64,000 nucleotides of DNA, taken from contig CAWDOY010000045.1 of NCBI GenBank assembly GCA_963803975.1, positions 32,001 to 96,000 on the forward strand. Reading direction: 5' to 3'. Position numbers and translations under genes: made by a program. The stretch comes from an uncultured delta proteobacterium. GTDB lineage: Bacteria; Desulfobacterota; WTBG01; CAIYCZ01. Shown one piece after another: positions 57,485-64,000 of this stretch. A model generated the notes under the pieces. The model saw only the letters and a program-made list of their open reading frames with translations, had not been told where the DNA came from and ran no database searches. Within the stretch, counting starts at the first letter, position 1; the number at the start of each line of letters is the position of its first letter.

Positions 57485-60067
57485 CTACCGCCTGTTTTTC
57501 TTATCATGATAATCCTGCACCGTCCTTCTCCATGTGCCGAGAAAATCATCCAGCCCTCCTTCCGGGGCAATGGGCGGCAGAATGGTGACGGTTATTTTCG
57601 TGCGGTGCAGCCCGGGATTTTTTCGCGAAAGAAGGGCCTGGGTTCCCTCTATGCAGACCGGCAGCAGCGCTGCGCCGGAACTCTGCGCAGCATAGCCGAT
57701 GCCCTTTTTCGGCTGCGCCACCGCTCCGTCAACCGAGCGCATGCCTTCAGGGAAAACGCACATTATGCCCCCGGCTTTCAGTATCTGATACGAGTACTGC
57801 AAAGATCTGATGGCGGTGTCGTGGGTGCCGGTCAGTATAATCCTGCCTATCTTCTGCGCCAGGGAGAACGGCAGCCTGCCGAACATCTGCACCAGCGAGA
57901 CGAAAAAACAGCGGTTAAGAATGCTGAACGGGAGCAGCGCGTAGATCACTATGCCGTCGATATATGAATTATGGTTGGGCGCGATAATAAACGGGGGTTT
58001 GGCGTTCCGGAGAAGTTCGGCGCCCTCCAGCCGCGCCCTGAAAAAAAGCTTGAGCAGGGTTTTGCAGACCATGTAAAAACAGAACCGGGCAGCTGTTGCA
58101 GCCGCATTGCTCCCGCTTGCCACGTGCCGGTCAAGGGGAATGTCCGGCGCGCCGGTCACCAGTTCCGCGACCATTGCGCTTTCCGGCTCAGCCTCAAAAG
58201 AAGCAGTATCCGGAATGAGCGCGCGCATATCCCGCAGGGTGAAGATATTTCCCGCCTGTTCTTCAGCTATTTTTATCCCGTAGCGCTCCTCGACGGCAAA
58301 GAAGAACTCCAGTTTTGCCAGCGAGTCAAGGCCGAGGTCTGTTTCCAGGTTGCCGGCAAGCGAAGGAAATTTATTAAGCTTCAGCGTCTGCTGCACAAAT
58401 ACCAGAAACGGGTCCTGGTTTTCCGGCGCAGGTTCTACTTGTTCTGCAGCAGCGCCTGAGACTTTTTCTTTTACCAGCTCGGCAACCCGGTAGCGCTTGA
58501 TTTTCCCCAGCGAGGTCTTGGGAAGCTCCTCGTCCACCAGCTCAATCCGCGTCACCCGCTGATATGACGGGAGCGTATGGGCTATGGTTTCGATCTCGTA
58601 TTTTATATCCTGGTAGATGGAAGCGGATTTTTCTCGCACGAAATAGTCTTTATTGGGGTATATGACCACGGTGAGAAACTCCCTGCCGCCTTCACTCAGC
58701 AGGGTTATGCACAGCTCTTTTATTCTCTCCGACTGGCGGTAGAGCTTTTCCAGCTCCTCGGGATAGATGTTTTTACCGCTGGAGAGCACCAGCACCTCTT
58801 TTTTCCGGCCGGTGATAAACAGGTGCCCCCGCTCATCCAGATAGCCAAGGTCCCCGGAATGAAACCAGCCGTCAATAACCACTTCAGCGGTAAGGTCCTG
58901 GCGCTGGCAATAGCCCATCATGACGTTCGGGCCCCTGATGCATATCTCGCCCTGGTCCAGATGGGAATCCGCCTTTTCAATCTTCAGCTCTACGCCAAGA
59001 GCTGCCCTGCCCACCGAGCCCGGGACCTGCTCGGAGAGCGTGTTCATGGCGGCAATCGGCGATGTTTCAGTGAGGCCGTAGGCCTCGATTATTTTGAAGC
59101 CCAGAGCCCGCAGCTTTTTATGAACATCCACATCGAGCCGGGCGCCGCCGCTCGCAAAAAACCTGAACCCTTTGAAATTGCGGTGAATGGTGCTGAATAA
59201 CCGTTTCCCCGGATTTATCCCCAGGGGCTGCAGGACATCAGAGATTTTCAGCAGGCCGTAAAAAAGAGCCTGTTTGATCTTCGGCTGCGCTGCCGCGGTC
59301 TGAAAGATGCGGTCGCAGAGAAGCTCCAGCACCCGGGGGATGGCAACAAAGGCGGTCGCCCCATGATTTTTAACTGCTGCGAAAATATCCTCACCTTTCA
59401 ATGAGCGCGGATAGATGATGGCCGCCCCGAAGTACAGGGGCGCAAGCACCGTGCAGGTAAACGGGTACACATGGTGCAGCGGAAGCATGGCCAGCACCCG
59501 GTCGCGGCCGGTGATAAGGCCGTTCATGGACGCAAGCATCGCAAGGTTCGAGAGGAAGTTTTCCTCGCTGAGCATGACGCCCTTGGGGTCGCTCGTAGTT
59601 CCCGAGGTAAAGATAATTGACATGGGCTGGCCCGGGGCAAGCGGGATGATTTCCGGCTCCCCTTCGGCCGGTGCCGGCGTGAGGTCTTCGAGAAGAATTT
59701 TCGGGACATCGCTTCCAAACATGTTTGAAAACGCGCGGCCGCACAGGATCAGGGCCGGCTTGGTGAAGCGCTCAATATTTTTAAATTCATCCTCAGTAAA
59801 CCGGCTGTCGCCGTGGGCCACGGTCAGGCCGCACAAATGCGCGGCAAGATAGGCTGCCGGCCATGCGGGTGAATTCTCGCCGACCAGTATCGCACGGCTT
59901 CCCGGAGCAATGCTAAAGGAGCGGATGGCGGCGGCACAGGAGAAGATCAGCCCTCTGAATTGAGAACAGGTCAGCGTCTTTTCTTCGCTGCTCTCAAAAT
60001 AGAAGAAAGCGGTGTCATTTCCCCGGTCCCGAACAGTCTGCAGAATATGTTTTATTAAAACGGTCAT
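57485..60067 (-). CDS. Long-chain acyl-CoA/ACP synthetase fused to an acyl-carrier domain and a PlsC-type acyltransferase
   Basis: FTSGTTSDPKG, YGLTETSP, GWFHSGDLG, DLGLDSL (phosphopantetheine Ser), NHNSYID, FPEGMRS. Confidence 0.93.
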   Translation of the reverse strand: MTVLIKHILQTVRDRGNDTAFFYFESSEEKTLTCSQFRGLIFSCAAAIRSFSIAPGSRAILVGENSPAWPAAYLAAHLCGLTVAHGDSRFTEDEFKNIERFTKPALILCGRAFSNMFGSDVPKILLEDLTPAPAEGEPEIIPLAPGQPMSIIFTSGTTSDPKGVMLSEENFLSNLAMLASMNGLITGRDRVLAMLPLHHVYPFTCTVLAPLYFGAAIIYPRSLKGEDIFAAVKNHGATAFVAIPRVLELLCDRIFQTAAAQPKIKQALFYGLLKISDVLQPLGINPGKRLFSTIHRNFKGFRFFASGGARLDVDVHKKLRALGFKIIEAYGLTETSPIAAMNTLSEQVPGSVGRAALGVELKIEKADSHLDQGEICIRGPNVMMGYCQRQDLTAEVVIDGWFHSGDLGYLDERGHLFITGRKKEVLVLSSGKNIYPEELEKLYRQSERIKELCITLLSEGGREFLTVVIYPNKDYFVREKSASIYQDIKYEIETIAHTLPSYQRVTRIELVDEELPKTSLGKIKRYRVAELVKEKVSGAAAEQVEPAPENQDPFLVFVQQTLKLNKFPSLAGNLETDLGLDSLAKLEFFFAVEERYGIKIAEEQAGNIFTLRDMRALIPDTASFEAEPESAMVAELVTGAPDIPLDRHVASGSNAAATAARFCFYMVCKTLLKLFFRARLEGAELLRNAKPPFIIAPNHNSYIDGIVIYALLPFSILNRCFFVSLVQMFGRLPFSLAQKIGRIILTGTHDTAIRSLQYSYQILKAGGIMCVFPEGMRSVDGAVAQPKKGIGYAAQSSGAALLPVCIEGTQALLSRKNPGLHRTKITVTILPPIAPEGGLDDFLGTWRRTVQDYHDKKNRR

Positions 60068-60203
60068 TTATAGAACAATCCATTTCATATTTTTACGGGT
60101 GATGCTACAATAAAATAGAACGATATTCTTACCCGGAAGGCTGAGATTATAATAATTATTAGCAGGGAGCACCCTTAATGTAAAGCAAATGGAGGTAAAG
60201 GCT

Positions 60204-60677
60204 ATGAAAACTATTTTCTGCGCAACCATAACCGTTCTGTTTTTACTGTTTCTGGGCAGCACTATTCCCGGACCGGCAATGCGTGCTTTTGCTTTGGAAG
60301 GGTCGTCGATGAACAGTGATAAGCCGAAACAGTCAGCGAAAGAATTAAAAGATGATATGCCATCCGAGGCGTTAAGCGATGACGACGCAAAAAATCCCTG
60401 CCCGCCGTCCTATATAAAGCTGGTGAGCCCCCGGGCAGCAGCAGTCGGGGCCACTGTTTCTTTGCAGGGCTGGCGGTTCGGCAAAGACGCGGGCCAGGTT
60501 GTTTTCTCCAACGGTGTCCCTGCAAAAATCATTTCCTGGCGCTATCAGAACATTGATGTGGAAGTGCCGGACGGTGCCGTTTCAGGTAATATCGCGGTAA
60601 TCAGCGCGTGCGGCAGCGAGAACAAAAAGGGAGCCGGCAGCTGGTTTAATGTGATGGACAAGGCAAAGGGACAGTAA
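60204..60677 (+). CDS. Exported protein with an IPT/TIG-like domain
   Basis: GGAGG RBS, signal peptide, SPRAAAVGATVSLQG..FG...V.F..ISW....I.V.VP.GAVSG. Confidence 0.8.
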   Translation: MKTIFCATITVLFLLFLGSTIPGPAMRAFALEGSSMNSDKPKQSAKELKDDMPSEALSDDDAKNPCPPSYIKLVSPRAAAVGATVSLQGWRFGKDAGQVVFSNGVPAKIISWRYQNIDVEVPDGAVSGNIAVISACGSENKKGAGSWFNVMDKAKGQ

Positions 60678-60806
60678 AAACCTGACCGGCCAGCTTGTGT
60701 ATGAAAAAGGGGTCTTCTCCAAAGTGAGTGGATGCAAAGAACCCCTGTGTCGCTTGAGATGTGCGCTTAGCTTAATATACTGTCCCTGCTTGATGAGGAG
60801 AAGACC

Positions 60807-62723
60807 CTGAAAAAAATCATCCTCGGCACTGCCGGCCACATTGACCACGGCAAAACCACGCTCATGAAAGCCCTGACCGGCGTTGACCTGGACCGGCTCA
60901 AGGAGGAAAAGGAGCGCGGCATTACCATTGAGCTGGGTTTTACCTCCCTCACCCTTCCCGGCGGGCAGCGGATCGGCATCATTGACGTCCCCGGCCATGA
61001 AAAGTTTATCAAGAACATGGTGGCCGGCGTTGGCGGCATAGACGTGGTAGTGCTGGTGATAGCTGCTGATGAAGGGGTGATGCCGCAGACCCGCGAGCAC
61101 CTTGATATCTGCAGGCTCCTTGCTATCAAGCGGGGCCTCATTGCCCTCACCAAAACTGACCTGGTGGATGAAGAATGGCTGGCTCTGGTTCAAGAAGACG
61201 TGCGGCAGTTTGTGCAGGGCACCTTTCTTGAACAGGAGCCCATCATCGCCCTCTCCGCTGCAACCGGCAAGGGAATTCCGGAACTGCTGTCTGCTCTTGA
61301 TGCCATTGTTGCTGATATTAAAGAGCGGCCTTCAACAGGCACATTGAGGCTGCCCATTGACCGGGTGTTTACCATGAAGGGCTTCGGCACCGTGGTTACC
61401 GGAACCCTCATGGCAGGATCGGTTTCACTGGGCGACGAGGTGGAGATTCTTCCCGCCGGGGTCAGGGCAAAAGTGCGGGGCATACAGGTCCACAATGAAA
61501 GCGTTGAGTCAGTCGGAGCCGGAGTGAGAACTGCCATCAACCTGCAGGGAACGGAAAAATCACAGATTGAACGGGGAGAAGTGCTGACTGCTCCCGGCAC
61601 CGCGGTTCCCACAAGACGGGTTGATGCCTGGATAGACTATCTGGCCGCAGCACCCAGACCATTGAAGCACAGAACCAGAATACGCTTCCACTCAGGCACC
61701 GCAGAAGTTATGGGGGAAGTGCGGGTGCTCGGCGCTGATGAGCTTCTGCCCGGGCAGTCAGGGTTCATTCAGCTGCTGCTGGAACAGCCGGTGGTGCTGT
61801 TCCCCCGCGACCGCTACGTGCTCAGGAGCTATTCACCGGTGGACACCATCGGCGGCGGAGAGATTCTCGATAACCTTCCGCCCCGGCATAAAAGAACAGA
61901 CGAAACAGTTGCTGAGCGCCTGAAAATTATACAACAGGGAAACCCGGGGAAAGCTTTGGCCGTGTTCTGTAAAGAGGCGGGGCTCAAAGGGCTGACGGCT
62001 GCGCAGATACAGGCGCGGCTGGGGCTTGACACTGCCCGGCAGCAGGCCCTGGTTGAGAAGCTGCTTGCAGCGGGACAGCTCGCAGTGTTCAGCAGAGAGC
62101 CGCTTCTGGTTGCCGACCCGCAGGCAATCCGCGAGCTTGAGCAGCTGGTGCAGCAGGAGCTTAAAGACTTTCACGCTAAAAACCCGCTCAAGGTGGGGAT
62201 GCTCAGGGAAGAGCTCAGGGCGCGTCTTCCCTATGCTACCAGTGAAAAACTGTTTTTCCCGGTCATAGAAAAGCTTGTCGAAAAAAATAAAGTCGGCTCT
62301 TCCAAAGAATATCTTTTCCTGGCCGGCCGCAGCCCGGTGCTGCAGGATGCGCAGAAGGACCTGCAAAAGAAAATTTTAGATGCCTGTCAGAAGGGTGCGC
62401 TCACGCCGCCTACGGTGAAAGAGCTTGCGGAGAAGCTCAACGTGGTGGAGAAGGTTCTGTTGAGCCTGCTTGAAATCGCGGTGCGGGAGGGCCTGCTGGT
62501 AAAGGTGAGTGAAGAGCTCTATGTTGCTTCCCCCGCTGTCAATAAGCTCACCAATGATGTTATTTCCTATCTTGAAAAGAATGGAGAGATCACCACGCAG
62601 GGGTTCAAGGAGCTGACCGGACTGTCGCGCAAATTCATGATCCCGCTGTTTGAGTATCTGGATAAGGCAAAGGTTACGGTGCGGATAGGGGATAAGAGGG
62701 TGCTGAGGAAAGGAAAACAGTAA
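60807..62723 (+). CDS. selB: Selenocysteine-specific elongation factor SelB (apparent CTG start)
   Basis: (L)[18 protein letters not shown] in frame upstream of the tracked ORF; DVPGHE, TKTD, C-terminal winged helix [14 protein letters not shown]. Confidence 0.97.
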   Translation: MKKIILGTAGHIDHGKTTLMKALTGVDLDRLKEEKERGITIELGFTSLTLPGGQRIGIIDVPGHEKFIKNMVAGVGGIDVVVLVIAADEGVMPQTREHLDICRLLAIKRGLIALTKTDLVDEEWLALVQEDVRQFVQGTFLEQEPIIALSAATGKGIPELLSALDAIVADIKERPSTGTLRLPIDRVFTMKGFGTVVTGTLMAGSVSLGDEVEILPAGVRAKVRGIQVHNESVESVGAGVRTAINLQGTEKSQIERGEVLTAPGTAVPTRRVDAWIDYLAAAPRPLKHRTRIRFHSGTAEVMGEVRVLGADELLPGQSGFIQLLLEQPVVLFPRDRYVLRSYSPVDTIGGGEILDNLPPRHKRTDETVAERLKIIQQGNPGKALAVFCKEAGLKGLTAAQIQARLGLDTARQQALVEKLLAAGQLAVFSREPLLVADPQAIRELEQLVQQELKDFHAKNPLKVGMLREELRARLPYATSEKLFFPVIEKLVEKNKVGSSKEYLFLAGRSPVLQDAQKDLQKKILDACQKGALTPPTVKELAEKLNVVEKVLLSLLEIAVREGLLVKVSEELYVASPAVNKLTNDVISYLEKNGEITTQGFKELTGLSRKFMIPLFEYLDKAKVTVRIGDKRVLRKGKQ

Positions 62724-62818
62724 AATTTCAAATGTCAAAATCCAAAGGACAAATATTTTTAAATTGGATTTTCAGATTTTATCATTCATTTGGCATTTGA
62801 GCTTTGACCTTTGGACTT
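62724..62818. repeat. 7-nt periodic inverted-repeat element (CAAA/TTTG family)
   Basis: ttcaaat-gtcaaaa-tccaaag-gacaaat ... tttggca-tttgagc-tttgacc-tttggac, between convergent selB and ribF. Confidence 0.8.
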
Positions 62819-62851
62819 AGAGAGCAGTTCTTTTTTAATGGTTAGTTAGCG

Positions 62852-63779
62852 TTATTCCTGCCGCAGTATCTTCCTTGCCTTCCGTATGTCTTTTTCTATC
62901 TGCGCGGCAAGGGTTTTTGCATCGCGGAATTTTTTCTCGCCCCGCAGCCGTTCAATAAACTGCAGCGATATCTTTTTGCCGTAGAGGTTTCTGTTAAAAT
63001 CAAAGAGATGGGCCTCGATGGTCTTCTCGTTTGCCCCAAAGGTCGGGCAGGTGCCGATATTCACCACACCGTCACAGCTGCCGTAAGGAGTTTCAGCGCG
63101 TATCGCGTAGATGCCATTTGCCGGGATCAGGTCTTTGTCGGGCGCGAGGTTGGCGGTAGCAAAGCCGATGCCGCGCTGCAGGCCCCTCACCACGGTGCCG
63201 GGAAGCGTGTACGGCCTGCCCAGCAGCCTGCTCGCCTCATACACATCCCCCTCCCTGATAAAATTTCTGATAATGGTGCTGCGCACGTGTATATTATCAA
63301 TCCGTATATCGCTCATTACCCATACCGTAAATCCCAGCTCTTTTCCCAGCTTCTTCAGCAGCCTGACCGAGCCCTCGCGGTTTTTGCCGAAGGAATAGTC
63401 ATGCCCCACGAGTATCTCCCGGGGATGAAAGCGCTCATACAGGATCGTCCGTATAAATTCCTCAGAGGTGAGGGCGGCGAATTTTTTAGTGAACTTTTCC
63501 CGCACCAGCAAATCAATGCCGCTGCGCTTTTTTAAGAGCGCGGCCTTTTCCGCGAAGGTGGTAATAATCGGGGGTGATTTGTGCGGCGCAAGGACTGCAA
63601 TCGGGTGAGGTTCAAAGGTGTAGACGATAGCTTGGCCGCCGATTACTTTGGCCCGCTGCACGGCGCTCTTGATTATCATCTGATGGCCAATATGCAGCCC
63701 GTCAAAATTTCCGATGGTGACCACCGGATTTTTCAGCGCAATATCTTTTAAGCTTGTGACTGCCTTTGATGAGCTGCAT
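62852..63779 (-). CDS. ribF: Bifunctional riboflavin kinase/FAD synthetase (probable indel near the 5' end)
   Basis: TIGNFDGLHIGH, TFEPHP, VGHDYSFG, GFATAN, EAHLFDF, LRGEKKF. Likely start MQLIKG at 63779, one base out of frame. Confidence 0.96.
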
Positions 63780-63872
63780 AGCGATATATTCACCGCGGAC
63801 GCGAGAAGCTTTTGCCTCGAGCCCTTGACCCCTTGAACCCTCATCAACTAATCTATGGCCCTGACCCTGCCC

Positions 63873-64000
63873 TTATATCAACACCATCTTTGCTTTTGCC
63901 TCGGCCACCACGGTGCCGTCTTCCCGGCAGGCGGAAGCTTTTACATAGACGATCTTTTTCTTTACGCTTTCCAGTTCCGCTGTCAGATGGAGCGGCTCAA
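63873..64000 (-). CDS. C-terminus of a PaaI/hotdog-fold thioesterase (partial)
   Basis: My translation: EPLHLTAELESVKKKIVYVKASACREDGTVVAEAKAKMVLI*. Confidence 0.6.
   Translation of the reverse strand, partial: EPLHLTAELESVKKKIVYVKASACREDGTVVAEAKAKMVLI

Overview
Chromosomal window of a bacterium that looks deltaproteobacterial (Desulfobacterota-like; inferred from gene order and content). It is mostly housekeeping genes: uvrB, smpB, an rpoH-like sigma factor, dnaJ, a moxR/bat cluster, aroF, queA-tgt-yajC-secD-secF-moeA-aspS-mdh, fmt, mtnP-apt-rfaE1, yicC-gmk-pyrF-rlmB, selB and ribF. It also carries tRNA-Leu(CAA), a c-di-AMP (ydaO) riboswitch and an AT-rich exopolysaccharide export module that breaks off in a truncated sugar dehydrogenase. 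Many genes carry single-base indels that look like long-read consensus errors, so split ORFs are joined here and some ends are approximate. The most interesting signals are: (1) a three-gene operon encoding an O-methyltransferase, a beta-RFA-P-synthase/ForT-like GHMP enzyme and a TrpF-like barrel lacking the catalytic Cys; (2) a structured leader with two possible folds plus an unannotated 48-aa membrane protein upstream of dnaJ; (3) a stand-alone 26-aa Lys/Ala-rich histone-H1-like gene; (4) a 27-codon RemA-like remnant coupling yicC to gmk; (5) an apparent CTG start for selB; (6) several families of 7/8-nt periodic inverted-repeat elements at gene junctions. No CRISPR array, transposase or prophage gene was recognised. 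All family calls come from motif recognition by eye; no database searches were run.
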